DNA of 64,000 bases from Camelus dromedarius (GCF_036321535.1 NC_087447.1:49106001-49170000), one strand, 5' to 3'; positions 1 through 14,501 are shown, counted from the stretch's first letter. Notes: a model not told the origin generated them from the letters alone. Numbers and translations are program-made.

Positions 1-884
1 TTTCAAGCCCATGCTCTTGACAGACCACGCTGTTTCCTCAAGAGCAGGGACTTGTCACATGCTTCCTTAAAAACAATCCTTAAACTCACTGCATTCAAAA
101 CTGAACTCATCCTATTTCTCCCCAATCCTGCCTTTCCTGTAGTGCTGTCTCACTGAATTCCTTTGGTTCCTCCTTTTCTCTCCATGTCCATTAGTTACCA
201 AGTCTGGTTATTTCTACCTCCTCCTGAATCTTTCTCTTTCTCACTTTCCTCTGCCCCTATTGCTACAGCCCTGGTTGAGGCCTCACCTCCCCTCCCCTGG
301 AAAAATGAAACCATCTCCGAGGTTTCCTGGCCTCCATTTTATAATCCACGCTTCTCACAGCCACCACCCAGCCTATTTCAAAGCCTTCTGAGGCTCTCTT
401 TTGCCTGCAGGATTAAGTCCAAGTCATTCAGGGCCCTTGATAATGTAGTCCTTACCCACCTTTCTAGACTCCATTCTCCCCTGCCTATATCCCTTGCAAA
501 CATACAAAGCTCCTTCAGGACCCCTGATCAGGCACTGCCATTCCGCATCTGCTCTGCGGGCCTGAAATGCCTTCTTACCGTCTAATTCCTGAGTCACTCC
601 TATTCATGTGTTAGGTCTCAGCTTACGTACTCTTCATCTCAGAAGTTTCTTCTGACACTCTCGGCCAAGCTGATTACCTGTCATTTTCTGATTCCCCCTA
701 TCATTGCACTTACCATATCCTGGTATAACTAAGCTCACCATAACAGGAACTGGACACTGGTTTCTAAAATCCAAGCAGGCATTTAGTTCTGACACCCAGC
801 AGGGGTCGCTGTGGATTTGCTGAATAAACAAGAAGGCTTCACACTCCTCTAGGAGCTTTTAGAGGCTTGAAAATGTTTCATAAA

Positions 885-1261
885 CAGTCCCCCATTATCT
901 GCAAGAGATTGGTTCCAGGATCCTCCATTCTCATTCCCCACCCCCAACTCACCTCCCAACCCCCACCAAAATCCACAGATGCTCAAGTTCCTCACATAAA
1001 ATGGTACAGTATTTGCATCTAACCTGTGCACAGCCTCCTGTACACTTTAAATCACCTGTAAATGACTAATAATACTTAATGTAATGTAAATGCTCTGTAA
1101 ATAGTTGCAAATACAATGTAAACACTATGGAAATTATTGCCAGTGCATGGCAAATTCAAGTTTTCTTTCTGGAACTTTCCGGAATTTCTTTTTCAAATAT
1201 TTCCCATTCATATTTGGTTGAACCCACAGATGTGGAACCCATGGATGTGAAGGGCCAACTG
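885..1261 (+). mobile_element. MER2-like non-autonomous Tigger DNA transposon
   Basis: CAGT... and ...ACTG termini with TA after the right end; internal gattggttccagga and caaaatccacagatgctcaag resemble recalled MER2. Confidence 0.75.
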
Positions 1262-1548
1262 TACTTATCCCGTCTGAGTCTACAAGGCATCCTGCCTTGG
1301 GAAGAAAGAAAGGAAGGGAATTATCTCCTTACAGACAGAGAAGCAGCAGCTCACAGAGAAATGTTTGAAGTAGGTAGTGCCAGCTCTGGGCTGGAATCCA
1401 GGTCTGTGTGTTCTCCCACACCCAGCCTATTGCACCCCAGAAAAGAGATGCATGGCCAGTCACTGATGAACTGACAGGCAAGTTCTAACATGAGAGACTG
1501 GCTGTGTCAGCCAAGAGGCAGAAGGTAGTTTTCAGGAAGAAAACTTAC

Positions 1549-1621
1549 CTAGAGGCAGCAGGTTTTCTGAAGCATTGATGTAAATCACAGAATTAAAATA
1601 TTTGAAGTCCTTTTCCTTAGC
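1549..1621 (-). CDS. XRRA1: XRRA1 coding exon (AKEKDFKYFNSVIYINASENLLPL), start of the LRR-like region; gene continues past the left edge
   Basis: Acceptor cttcccgcag|GCT, donor CTAG|gtaagt. 73 nt. Confidence 0.92.
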
Positions 1622-2794
1622 CTGCGGGAAGGCATTTCAAAGAACACAAGATTAGCTCCCTGCCTGGAGGCCTTGCTGGAGCTCCAAAGCTGCCCTAAGA
1701 AGGAGCAAAGACCTCAAGGAATAAGACACATCCTGAGCACAAGAGCAGCCACATGTTGAGAGCGGGAAGGGCTTTTCTGCTTCTTTTTTTTTTCTATTAT
1801 GAAATAATTCAAATGTCCAGAAAAGTATAGCGAATGATACTCTGAAGACCCATGAAACCACTATCCAGCTTTAATAAATCTGAATATTTTGTAGTCTTTG
1901 CTTCAAATTTCTTTAAAGAAATAAAACATTACAGAGAGCTGATCGCCCCCCACCAACATATCCCTCCCCAGTCACATTCTTCTCCTTCTCTCCCACAGAT
2001 AACAGCTATTCTGAGTTGGTGATTATCATTCTCATACCTGTTTACACTTGCAATACATATATGTGTATCCATAAACCACATATAGTGTTATTAACATGTT
2101 TTAAAACTTTATATTAAATGCAATCATATTGTAGATATCATTCTGCAACCTGCCTTCTTCACTCAGCACTATGTTTTTGAGATTTACTTTTGTTGATACA
2201 CATAGCTCTAGTTCACTCATTTTAACTGCTGTGTGGCATTATACAAGCACTCTGTCCTCATATGCCATGGAAGGCCTACAAACCAAAAATGTATGCCATT
2301 ATATGCAGTATATACACTGGCTAATGGTAGGCCACAAAGGTGGCTCCAAGCTACCTTTTAGCCAATGCAACAAAAGAAACATTACTCATTACATAAGTCA
2401 CAGTCTGTGAGTTAAGAACAAACCAGCATCTTGAGAGAAGCATCATTACTACTTCTGGCACTGAAACCTGAGAGAAATATCTCCTTTAGGCTCTTCTGAT
2501 TGGAACTCTGTCACACAATGAATCATGCCCAACAAAACTCTAAGCAAATTGAAGCCACTTCCATAAGGCTACTTATTTCCTTCAACTCACCTCACATGGG
2601 ACAATGGTAATACCAAATTTACAGCAAAATATTGTGTCTGAATGTTGTTTCCACCCAGCAAGTCCTTGTCTGACTCTCCCACTCCCTGTGACCAGATTCC
2701 TAGCCCCCAGGGACTCGGAAGGTAAATTGGTTAAACAGCCAGGAGCCACCATCAGTCTGGCTCACCCAGTGACACCTCTGCTGGCTGGCCTTAC

Positions 2795-2866
2795 CTTGGA
2801 CAATTTCAGGCCGCTCACGTTAATGCTGCATAGGTCTGATGGTTTCTCCACACAGTGGTGCTTCAG
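2795..2866 (-). CDS. XRRA1: XRRA1 coding exon (LKHHCVEKPSDLCSINVSGLKLSK)
   Basis: Acceptor tgtgttccag|CTG, donor AAG|gtaagg. 72 nt, phase 0/0. Peptide matches recalled XRRA1. Confidence 0.92.
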
Positions 2867-3459
2867 CTGGAACACAGTGCAGAGAGTTAGCCCAAAACAA
2901 AGCTTATGTAATTGGCCAAGACAAAAAATAACTCCCTGTTGAGGGTGCCTGATACAGTGGAAACAGCACGGGCTTTAGAGCTGCTCAGAATCAAGCCACC
3001 ACCTCAGCTCTCCCACCTGTTTCCCATTTGTAAGATGGGGATAGAAACACTGACTTCATGGGGTTCTTTAGGAGGATTCCTTCCTCTCTGTTCCTTCTCT
3101 TGTCTTTTCTGGGCCCCACTTCCTCTACCTGGCTCTTAAAAAAAAAATCTATTTCTGGGGCTTTACCAAACTCATACATTTGTCATAATTTATTGGCTTG
3201 TTCACTCATTCATTTATTCATCAAATATTTACTAAGTACTACTTTAGGTCATGTACTGTACTAAATAATGTATCAACAAACTTTCTTCTTATCCTAACTA
3301 AACAATCTGACATTAGTATGATTATGAAAGGGTGGGGTGAGGCCAATACACCAGACATTGTTAAATGCCTTTCCAAGAGCCACTTCTCTACTTCCTTGTT
3401 AAAGAACCCCAATATCATTCACATTTCTCCAAGTGAATGTGTCCTTAAATTGCAGATCC

Positions 3460-4548
3460 ACAGGATAAGCTAATTTCCAAAATATACAAACAGTTCATAA
3501 ACCTTAATATCAAAAAAAAAACCAACCTAGTAAAAAAAAAAATGGGCAAAAGACCTAAACAGACATCTCTCCAAAGAAGACAGACAGATGGCCAACAAGC
3601 ACCTGAAAAGATGCTCAACATCACTAATTGTTAGAGAAATGCATATCAAAACTACAATGAGCTATCACCTCACATCAGTCCAAACAGCCATCATCAAGTC
3701 TACAAATGATAAATGCTGGAGAGGGTGTGGAGAAAAGGCAACCCTTCTTCACTTTTGGTGGCAATGTAAATTGCTGCAGCCACTATGGAGGACAGTATTG
3801 AGGTTCCTTAAGGAACTAAAAACAGATATACTATATGATCCATCAATCCCACTCCTGGGCACATATCCAGAGAAAAATATAATTCAAAAAGACATATGCA
3901 CCCCAATGTTCACAGAAGCACTATTTACAATAGTCAAGACATCGAAACAATCCAAATGTCCATTGACAGATCACTGGATAAAGAAGAGGTGGTATATATA
4001 TACAATTGAATACTACTCAGCCATAAAAAAGAGTAAAATAATGCCATTTTCAGCAGTATGGATGGATCTAGAGATTGTCATTCTAAGTGTATTAAGCCAG
4101 AAAGGAAAGAAAAATACCATATGATATCACTTATATGTGGAATCTAAAAAAAAGACACAAATGAACTTATTTACAAACAGAAACAGATTCACAGACCTAG
4201 AGAACAAATTTACCATTACCAGGGGATAAAGGGGTGGGAAGGGCTAAATTCAGAGTTTGAAAGTTGCAGATACTAACTACTATATATAAAATAGATAAAC
4301 AACAAGTTTATACTGTACAGCACAGGGAACTAAATTCAATATTATGTAGTAACTAAAATGAAAAAGAATATAAAAATGAGCATATGTATGCATATGTATG
4401 ACTGAAATATTATGCTGTACACCAGAAATTGACACAACACTGTAAATTGACTATACTTTAATAAAAAAGAATGAAAAAAAGCAACTTACCAAAAAAAAAA
4501 AAAGAAAGAGAAAGACAGAAAAAAAAGAGAGAGAGAAAAAAAAAAGAC
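3460..4548 (+). mobile_element. 5'-truncated LINE-1 (ORF2 C-terminus, 3'UTR, A-rich tail), apparently within an older MaLR/MLT1 LTR
   Basis: ORF 3588..4124 is L1 ORF2 Cys-rich tail-like ([13 protein letters not shown]). AATAAA and A-rich tail at 4460-4548. MLT1-like gctgcagcagccatcttg follows. Confidence 0.9.
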
Positions 4549-6246
4549 AGCAACAATCTCTTTTCTACCTCTGGATGTTATCCTTTAAATGTGATGACCA
4601 GAGCTGCAGCAGCCATCTTGGGATCATGAACGCAATCAGCCCAAGAAGACAAGTTAACATGCTGAGTATATAAGAGCAGAAAGATGGAGGAACATGAGCC
4701 TTGGAAGACGTCATTAAACCAGTGAATTAGCTTACCCTGAAATAATAATGCCTCTGGCTTTGTTTTATGTGAAACAAAAGCACCTCTGTTATTCAATTAA
4801 TCCAATAAAAGATGATAGTGGCTCAGATTAGGTTGGTGGCAGTGCAGATGAAGAGAGTAATACAGATTTGACAACTATTTAATAAAAGTACCAAAGCTTG
4901 GTAATGGCAAGGGTTGGGGTGGTGATGGGGAGGTAAGTGTCGAGGATAACCCCAGGTTACTTGCTTGGTGACTGGGTAGATGGTAGTAACATCACAGTGT
5001 AGTTAACACTAGAAAAGAAGTATTTTGGGGACTTGGTAAAAGGGGATTGGTGCAGTAGTTCAATATGAGGTGCCAGTGAAACATTCAAGTAGAACTATCC
5101 ATCAGGTAGGTAGGTATCCCATTACTCTGAAAAACATCCTTGTTTCTTCTGCTATCCAAAGTGGCAACATGGGTAACAAGCCATCTCGATTAACGTGGGA
5201 CATATATATTGCTGGAAACAAAGGGGAAAAGAAGATCACTATGGGAAGTGTTTCTCCTCAGTCCTGTTGTTTGTCTTCCTCACCCCCAGGAAGTGGACAT
5301 CATAATCAAAGAAATTCCCAGGACTCTGCAAAAAGTTTACACTACCTGCCTTGAGGTGAGATGCAATCAGCTGCCCCCTTAAAGCCCTCTTTCAACATCT
5401 GATCCATGCAGAAATCTATCTTTGGGAACCATAAACAAAGCCTGGGCACAAAGCAGGCTGCCAGAGAGTTCTTCTTAGGGAGCTATGAGCACTGGACTGT
5501 ATGTTAATATTGGCTTACAAAATGTCTCTCTCTTTGCAAAGCCACCAAGGCATTGCACAGAGCAGGTGTAAAATTACATGGCTGGTCTCCAGCACAGCCA
5601 CTCAAGTCCTCTTTGTAAAGCCTTCTCTAGACACTGGGTAATATCTGGTTGGCATTCCTGGCCTTTAGCCAGACACTAAACCCAAAGGACAAAGGCTGTG
5701 ATGTGTGGGACCTCCTCAATCCCTCTGCTCCTAGAGCAATCTCCCCAAAGCAGAGCAGGAATCTTTACATCCTACTAGGTGCTGGAATAGGATTTTCAAT
5801 TTACTAACTCTCCCTGACCTACTTCTTTGCCTCTCTAACTCTATTGTAAGTTTTTATCTGATAAAACATAAAGGCACAGGCTTTGGAGTCAGTAGACCAG
5901 AGTTCTAATCCTCAGTAGTTTTAATCCTGGGTAGACCACAGTCCTAATTAATAGCTGAGGGAACCTGGCAAAGGCAAATTAGTTCTCGGCGCCTCAGTTT
6001 TCTCATCTGCACACTGGCAACAACATAATAGGGATGATAATACCGATCTCACAAGGTGGATATAAAAAAACTTTACAAATTAAGAGAGCTTTGGGTCCCT
6101 TCATCATCTGGCTGTACTCAATTTGCCAAGATCACTCTAATAGTTTGGGATGGACTGGGGGTAACTGTACGGGGCAAGTCCTTGCCCCCCACCAAGACAG
6201 TCATTAGCTGGTGCTGCCAGCCATTCCAGGATCCATTTCCTCTCAC

Positions 6247-6428
6247 AAGAAAAGCCCGGTCCAGCACATGTCTAGCAGTGTCCACTTGGCTTTCCTGTCG
6301 AGACACTTTCTTCCCTCCGACCTCAAAAGAAATCTTCTGGCTTTCCTGACCTTCAGCGGGTGCCTCAACCACACCCTTGGGCTTCTTCTTGTGGCTACGT
6401 TTCCGAGCCACTAACCAGTGTCCTCGGC
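6247..6428 (-). CDS. XRRA1: XRRA1 coding exon (RGHWLVARK...HVLDRAFL)
   Basis: Lies inside ORF 6118..6480(-). Acceptor ctcaacag|GC, donor CTT|gtgaga. 182 nt, phase-compatible with both neighbouring exons. Confidence 0.92.
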
Positions 6429-8129
6429 CTGTTGAGAAGATCAGAACAGTGAAAAGGAGCAAATTCCTCCAAAGCCACAACTAGTGCACTTACAGAATGT
6501 TTATCTATAATACTAAAACCTAAATCAGCTCCTCATTACCTAATATGCTCCAGATACTGTGCTGCAGCTGGGGAGGGAGGTGTCTATATACCTGTCTCAT
6601 TTAATTGACTCCAAACCCAGTGAAGACATGCTACTGCCCCCATTTTACAGATGAAAAGGCTAAGGCTCAAAGTGTGGAATAACTTGCCCAATTCCTTCCT
6701 CCACATTTTTGCCTCCAAACTCTAATTGTTTCTTCAGGATTCCAGATCAAGTATTTCCTGTTTTGCGAAGCCTTGCCTGATTCTCCTCAGCAGAGCTGAT
6801 CATTCTTTCCTATGCCAGCTAGTTACCTCCCCATTTGTCATCTCTTGGGTGAAGCCCATTGTGTGACACCAACTCAGTGGACTCCATCTTCCCAGACCTT
6901 ACCCTGAATTTTACCATTATAGGTAAAAGGTTGCGTTAGGGGCTCAGGACAAGAAAATAGTAAGACAGTTAGCATCCCCAAAAAAAACAAAAACAAAACA
7001 AAACAAAACACATTCACTGTAGCAGGAACCGTAAAATGCATGCAAGCAAAAAGAATGAGTTTCCTAGTAAGCCCACCTAACAAAAACCATGACAACATTC
7101 TAGAATCTCTTCTCTCCTTCATCGGTAGTTTATTTACTGCAAGGCATTCACTGCAATCTGTAATTATCGTATTTGTTCACTTGTTTATTGTCTGTCTTGC
7201 CCTCTAGAGTGGGAGCTCCACAAGAGCACACTTTGTCTAATTTGTTAATCTCAGTGCTCCCAACGCCTGCACAGAGCTTACCACACCGCGAGTGTTGCTG
7301 AACAAACCCTGAGACACAGCCCCACCCACAATCATCCATTTAGACCTTTTCTGAGTGTCTACTTTGAGCTGGGGCTATGGAGAAGACTATGACAGAGGAT
7401 TTGAAGGCGCTTAATAATGTAAAGGGAGCTACCAGCCTAGGGCATGAGCTAGACAGTGCATGTTGAAAGTTGACTAGGTGGAAACAGAAAAACCAAGGAG
7501 CTTGGGCAGAGGGAAGAGCACAAGAAGTACTCAGAGGTATGAAAGATCAGGACTGCACAGAAGAATGGCACAGAGCTGTGGGAACCAGCTTGGGGCCTCC
7601 TGCCCACACAGCCCACTACCCCTTCCTCAGGGGCTCTGACCACTGCCACTAATCCTGTCTCTTGAATGCAGCTCCTGCCCTTCGTCTGATGGGAGCCAGT
7701 TCCTATTCCCACCCTGGGCCTGACAGCTCAGGCACTGTTTCCCAGGGCTGTCCCAATCTGGGGCACGGACCTTTGTCTTATCCTAATAGTCCCAACTCCT
7801 GGAGACTCCAGGCTGAGGTGGTGCCCAAACTGCCAACACAGCCAGGAAGAAGGCCCAGAGGGTGTCAAGAGATGAACACGAAGGAAACAAGATGGGGCTG
7901 AGGGAGGTCAGCAAAGTCAGATCAGAAATGTCTTGAGAAACAGAATAAGGAGTTTGGGTTTTAATGGAGTAGTCTTCCAGTAGGAAAAGTATCCATGGGA
8001 AGGTTTTTATTTTCCTCGTAAATTTTCATTTTGAGCTATTTTAGAATTCCATTAAAGTTGTAAAAATAATACAGAGTTCCCGTACAGCTTTCACCCAGTT
8101 TTCCTAATGTTAACATCTTATATAATTAT

Positions 8130-8762
8130 AATTTAAACCTTTTTGCACAGCAAAGGAAACCATCGACAAAACAAAAAGACAACCTACTGAATAGGAAAGG
8201 GTATCTGCAAATGATATGATCAATAAGGGGTTAATATTCAATATATATAAACAGCTCATACAACTCAACATCAAAAACAAAACAAAACAAAAAAACACTG
8301 AACAACCCAATCAAAAAGTGGGCAGAAGACCTGAGTAGACATTTTTCCAAAGAGGAAATACAGATGGCCAACATGAAAAGATTCTCAACATCGCTATCAT
8401 CAGAGAAATGAAGTCAAAACCACGATATCACCTCACACCTGTCAGAATGGCTAGCATCAAAAAGAACACATATAACAAACGTTGCTGAGGATGTAGAAAA
8501 AAGGGAACCTTGTATACTGTTGGTATTAAAATAAGTTGGTGTAGCCACTGTGGAAAACAGTATGGAGGTTTCTCAAAAAACTAAAAATAGAACTACCATA
8601 TAACACAGCAATCCCACTCCTGGGTATATATCTAAAAAAACAAAAACACTAATTCAAAAAGATACATGCACCCCAATGTTCACAGCAGCATTATTTACAT
8701 TTGCCAAGATATGGAAGCAACCTAAGTGTCCATCAACAGATGAATGGATAAGGAAGATGTGG

Positions 8763-8840
<78 letters not shown>

Positions 8841-9222
8841 TATTCAATGGAATGCTACGCAGCCATAAAAAAGAAAGAAAATTTGCCATTTGCAGCAACA
8901 TGGATGGATTTGGAGAGCATTATGTTAAGTGAAATAAGCCAGACAAAGACAAATACTGCATGTCATCACTTACATGTGGAATCTGAAAAATACAACAAAC
9001 TAGTGAATATAACAAAAATGAAGCAGACTCACTGATACAGAGAATAAATTAGAGGGAGTAGAAGGGCAATATGGGGGCAGGAGTGGGAGGCACAAACTAC
9101 TGGGTATAAGACAGACTCAAAGATGTACTGCACAACACAGGGAATATAGCCAATATTTTGTAATCACTGTAAATGGAAAGTAATCTTTTAAAATTGTATA
9201 AATTTTTTTAAAAATTAAAAAT
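8130..9222 (+). mobile_element. 5'-truncated LINE-1 3' fragment nested in an older antisense L1
   Basis: L1 ORF2 3'-end motifs (gcacagcaaaggaaaccatc, tggatggatttggagagcattatg). Old L1M-like sequence continues on both flanks. Confidence 0.88.
8772..8836. repeat. (TA)n microsatellite, about 32 units
   Basis: Seen directly in the sequence. Confidence 0.98.
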
Positions 9223-9732
9223 AACACAATGGTTGAAACTAAGAAATTAACATTGGTACAACATCAGTAATTAATCTATAGCCCTTCTTTGAATTTTGAC
9301 AGTTTTCTCACTAATGTCCTGTTTCTGTTCCAGGATGTAATGCAAGACCTCACATTTCATTTAGTCGTCACATCTCAGTCTCCCGTAATTTACAATCTTT
9401 CTTTTTTCTTGTGTGACCCTGACATTTTTGAAGAGTACTAGTCAATTATTTTGTAAAATGTACCTCAATTTGAATTTGTTTGTTTTCCCATAATTAGATT
9501 AAGAACTTACGGTTTTGCAAGAAGTGATGCTCTGCCCTTCTCAGCACAACGTATCAGAGGATACATGATGGCAATATGTCTTATTAGTGGTGATGTTTAT
9601 TTTGCTCACTTGGCCAAGATGGTATCAGCTTAATTTCTGTGCTAAGAACTCTCTCTGTAATTAATAAAGATATCTCAAGACTATACAAATATCCTGTTTC
9701 TCATCATACTTTGACCTACTAGTCTTAGCATC

Positions 9733-10298
9733 TGTGATGGTTAATTTTACATGTCAGCTTGGGTAGGCTATGGTAAGTAGTCAATCAAATGCTAATCTAA
9801 ATGGCTGTAGATGTGGCTAACATTCACAACCAACTGACTTTAGGTAATTTAGGTTATTTTTATCTCTTATTTGTTTTTTAACGGAGGTACTGGGGATTGA
9901 ACCCAGGACCTTGTGTATGCTCTACCACTGAGCTATACATTCCACCCCACAACCAATTGACTTAAAGGAGACTATTCTTGATAATGTGCATGGGCCTCAC
10001 CTAATCAGTTGAAAGACCTTAAAAGCAAAAATAGGCTCCCCAAAGGAAGAAGAAATTTTGCCTAAGACTGCAGCATCAGCTTTTCCTTGAGTTTTCAGCT
10101 TGTCTGTCCTTCAGATTTCAGACTTGCCAGCCTCCACCATTTTATGAGCCAATTCCCTAAAAAATGTTACATATGTGTGTGTATATTTGTCCACGTGTAT
10201 ATACACACACATATGGAAACACAACTAGTAGGCTATAGATATATACACACACACATATCCTGTTGGTTCTATTTCTCTGGAGAACCCTGACAGGTACA
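9733..10298 (+). mobile_element. MLT2-like (ERVL) solo LTR interrupted by a SINE
   Basis: Starts tgtgatggttaatttt and ends ggttctatttctctggagaaccctgac..taca, as in recalled MLT2 termini. Confidence 0.75.
9841..9947 (-). mobile_element. tRNA-derived SINE (Vic-1-like), with internal deletion
   Basis: Minus strand has A-box TAGCTCAGTGG and B-box GGTTCAATCCC. 16-bp TSD CACAACCAA(C/T)TGACTT at 9825-9840 and 9948-9963. Confidence 0.85.
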
Positions 10299-11770
10299 GC
10301 AGAAGTTTCTTACCTGTAAAAATTACATTATGATGCTTTAATAGTGATTTTCTATTTCCTATATTCCTTCTACATTTATTAACTGGAATTTCACTATAAG
10401 GAAGAGCTGTTTCTATTCACCCACTTATTTATGTATTTAAATGTTTATTTATATTAGTATAGGGTCATCAATATTTATTCTATGGATTACAAACCAATTC
10501 TGCCTTTATTTATGTTGCTGCCCATACTGCCCCAGCTTTGGCCATGGGGCCAAAGGATGGCTCCTATGTCCTTTCATATTGCCCCATCATTTTTCTGAGC
10601 ACTTCTTTATTTTCTGGCACCACACAATGTTCCAGGTTCAATATATATTTTTCCTGCCTAAGCCCTGGATATAACTTTTTGCCTGAGGAGCCCTGGCTTT
10701 TACTGGAGAAAGGTATTTAGAAATCATCATCTAGGTGCCAGGTGTGCTCTTTGCGACTGAGCTGTCATTGCTCTCAGTGGACTAGGAAATATATGTATAT
10801 ATACTTACATGTATGGATACACATGGCTACATTTATTTCTCTGTCAATCTGTGTGTGTGTGTGTGAGGGGTATGACAGTGAAATTATAAGTTCATACTGA
10901 GAACTCCATGGGAGGGTTTCAAACAGGTAGGTGGCCTGTTTAAAACATAAAAGGTCTTTATATGAAAAAGAAATCACTCAAGAAAAGTGGGGAGGACAGA
11001 CTGGAGGAGAAGGTTTTTCTAATATTCCACGTACAGAGTGACCAGCAATTCACTTCATGTAGAGTAACCTAGGGGCACTTCTCCCTTGATCTACCCTTTC
11101 AGTAACAAACACAATCCAGTGAACTCGCACTTCTCAGCAGTATTCCATTTGCAGGACTCTGCTCAGTGTTAGAAGGAGTCCCTGCCCCAGAGGAGTTTTT
11201 AACTAGATAAATGTCTGAAAAACTACTTAGCAGAGTCAAGTTTAAGCCATTTTATTTAGGATCTGGGCAGAATATGATTATGTATCCAATGAAACACAGA
11301 GAGGAAGACGGCTTATGAGAGAGGATGGGCACCGAGAGCTGGTGTAGCTAGACATGGCTTATTGGAAGAAGTGGGAGAAGAGCTGGGCCTTGTGGGATGG
11401 GAAGAGTTTGGATAAATGGAGTGAGGACTGGAACATTCTGAGTGAATTAAAAAAGCTAAGTGAAAAGAGAGCACTATGGAAAAGGGCATAAATCAATGAA
11501 TGCGGTTGTAACAAAGGATAGCGGGGATTAGAGCAGCAGGTAATGGAACCAGCAATGAGAAGTCACTGAATACATGGGAACACCATGGTTAGATGTGCAC
11601 TTTAGAAGGCTCCCTCAGGCCGCTGGTAGGGAGATGGATTGGAAGGGAAGGGACTGGGTGGGGCAGGGAACAGTAGTGAAGGGGACGAAGAGGAAGAAAT
11701 GGGTGTCAGAGACATTCTGAAGCAGAAATTGGGTATGAGGCAAAGGTACCAATTTGAGAAGTCACCTGAC

Positions 11771-11864
11771 CTTCCACTGGCATCCGAAGCAGATTTTTGG
11801 CTGGAAAGCAGTTGCTTAGGTAAGGCTTCCCATCATCCAGTTTGTAGACTCCTGAAGAAGCCAT
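11771..11864 (-). CDS. XRRA1: XRRA1 first coding exon (MASSGVYKLDDGKPYLSNCFPAKNLLRMPVE+G)
   Basis: Manual minus-strand translation resembles the recalled XRRA1 N-terminus. The acceptor ctctcag|GGCCATG puts the exon start at 11868; the donor is GAAG|gtcagg. 94 nt, phase 1. Confidence 0.9.
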
Positions 11865-14501
11865 GGCCCTGAGAGTCAAGCAAGGAAAGCAAGGAATTAA
11901 GAAGTAAGAAGGTGCAGTGCTGCTCCCTCACCCCAACACAGCCTGTGAGCCCACCAAGACCACCCCCAATACACACCCTATCTCTGAGATCCTGGAAGTC
12001 CACCACCCTGCTTCAGAAATGTGCTGGCCTTTTAAATAAAGAGAGAGACAAGACCCTGGGTTTTGGGGTTCAAATCAATCCTAACTCAGTGAAACACTAA
12101 AAAGAACATCACCTTTGGGATCAGACAGACCTGATTTGAATTTTGGCTCTGTCTGGTTCTATGACTAGGAAAATTACTCTACCCCTCTGAGCTTCAGTTT
12201 CTCACGTGTAAAATGGGGGTAATAACATCTACCTTAATAGACAAATGAGAGGATCAAGCTAGAAAGCTGGTGCTTACTACATATTAAGTGCTTACTAGAA
12301 ATGTTCTTTATTTTGCATTCAGGAGAGAGAGGGTTTATATTTAAATTAATTAATAATTAATAAATATATTTAAATAAATGCAAATAATGAGGTATGAACT
12401 AGGTAAGTAGGATTTGAGAGATGAACTGAGTTTGCTGATAGAGAGAAGGATAAGCATTCCAAACAGAAAGGGCCACAGGCCTGAGGGCATGGTGGTGGGC
12501 ATGTCTGGCGCAGTAAAGAAACAATTTGACCCAGGAAGGGGAAGGATGTATATTTGGGAGTCTTGGACAATAAGACTGGATAGGAAGAATGGTACCCGCA
12601 ACTGAAGGCCTTCAGTATCAGGCTAAGAACTCAGGCTTCACTTTGAAGGTAACTGAGAGCCATGATCCAAGCTAAGCTTTAGAAAGAGAGGTCTGAGAAA
12701 AATAAAGCCAGGTGAAATGGGATTTACTGAGTCATGACAATTCCAGCTCAGAAGTACAGTTCCAATGTATATTTCTCTATCTCTCACTGATTTCATTATA
12801 TCTTTCACCATCTTCCACCTAGAACACTGCAACAGTCTCCTGACCAGATTTCCACTGAGCAAGTTTAAGCCTGGTCTTGAAGGCCCCTGGGGCCCTATGT
12901 CCTAACCTTACCAGCTCCAGTCACCCCAGCCCAAGAGGCTCACAGAATCATTTCCTATTCCCCCAAACACATTCAGTCCTCCGTGTCTTTGTTCTTAGTT
13001 TGGCCTAAAATAGCCCTTTCCATATTGCTCATCTGACTGGTCTCATGTTTAAGAGTCAGCTCAAATGCTACTTTCTAGGAAAAAAATCTCTAATCAAAGA
13101 TCTAAATTTTTTAAAACTTAAGCTCTTAAGAGATTAAAGATTTTTCTTTAAAGGGATCCAGCCAGTCCCAAATCTGCTTTGAGACAGCATCAGACAACTT
13201 GGGGTAGCAGGGGTTTGGGAATCTGGAAGCCCCTGGCCAGGTAAAGGGAGGCCCTGGCAAGAATGTGGGATCCTGAGCTGGACGGTCTGGGAAGAGATTC
13301 AGTAAAAGGAAGGAGCAGAGTGGAGAGCTGGGTTCAAGTGTCCAAAGAAAATGTTTCCTGGAAGTGACAAATATGAAAAGTAGAGGGGTGCAGTAGGAGA
13401 GGCAACAATTTTGGAGACAGGAGACTTAAATTTGAGACTAGTTTCTACCACTAAGCTGAGTGACATTGGGCAAATCACTTTACCTCTTTGTGCCTCAGAT
13501 TTCTCACATATAAAATGAGGATAAAAACCTGTGCCTCAGAATTGTTGTAAGAATGAAATGAGGCAATAAAGCGGGGGAAAAAGAGCTGCTTTCTAGACTC
13601 AGTCCAGATGACACCCCTTCTACAAAGGTTTCACTGAACCTTCCATAGGGAAGTAACTGCTGCTTTGGCTAAACCCTGCAGTGTTTCTTCTGTATCTCTT
13701 TCATTGCCGGACCCCTTTGTACCCTCATAAGATTACTAACAATAGTTAGCACCTCAATAGTCTCTGAACCTCCAAGTCTGAAACCATGTCCAATTCACTG
13801 TCTCTCTTCCACCCTTGGAATGCTCATAAGAAATACCCAATAAACATGTAGGAGCCAAATGAAGGATACAATGGTACTCCCAGGCCCAAGGGTTTTTATA
13901 CATATTTCTGATCTCGTTAATTAGACTTGGAGCTCCTGTAGAGGAAGGACAGCATCGATGGTGTTCATCTCTTTATTCCCAGCACCTAACACTTGGCACA
14001 TAATAGATTCCATAATTTTTTGTGGGATGAATGAGTGATTTTGATATTTCCTTTGGTTCAACACAGGGCACTGTGAATGTCCCAGTCCCTAACCACCATG
14101 AAAAGGGTTGGAGGCCATTCCTATGAGTTTCCACAATACCCCATCCTTCTCCTGGTATAGTACTTATTTTATTATAACTGTCCCCTTACCAACTTCCCAC
14201 CTGCTATGGGGCCTAAGACACATATTCTTCTTTGTAATCCCAGAGCTCAGTATAGAGCCTAGAACTCACTAAAAAATGTGCTGGGAAGATGAATGGATGG
14301 AAGGATGGGGAATGATAATCATCCAGTCAATCTGTCTTTCAGGAAATCTCTCTTGTGACCAACCACACCTAACTGCTAGATAGGTGAGTTAATTAATTAA
14401 TTAACAGCAGGGTGGGAAATGTTACAGATGATGTCTGTTGGAAAAAACTCCAGTAGCTTACAGAATATGGGCACCTTGGTTCTGATCTGCACAGTACTTA
14501 C

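Noticed and set aside
3588..4124. 178-aa ORF
   Set aside because: LINE-1 ORF2 C-terminal remnant, not a host gene.
8744..8932. ORF with a long IY repeat
   Set aside because: Translation of the (TA)n microsatellite within an L1.
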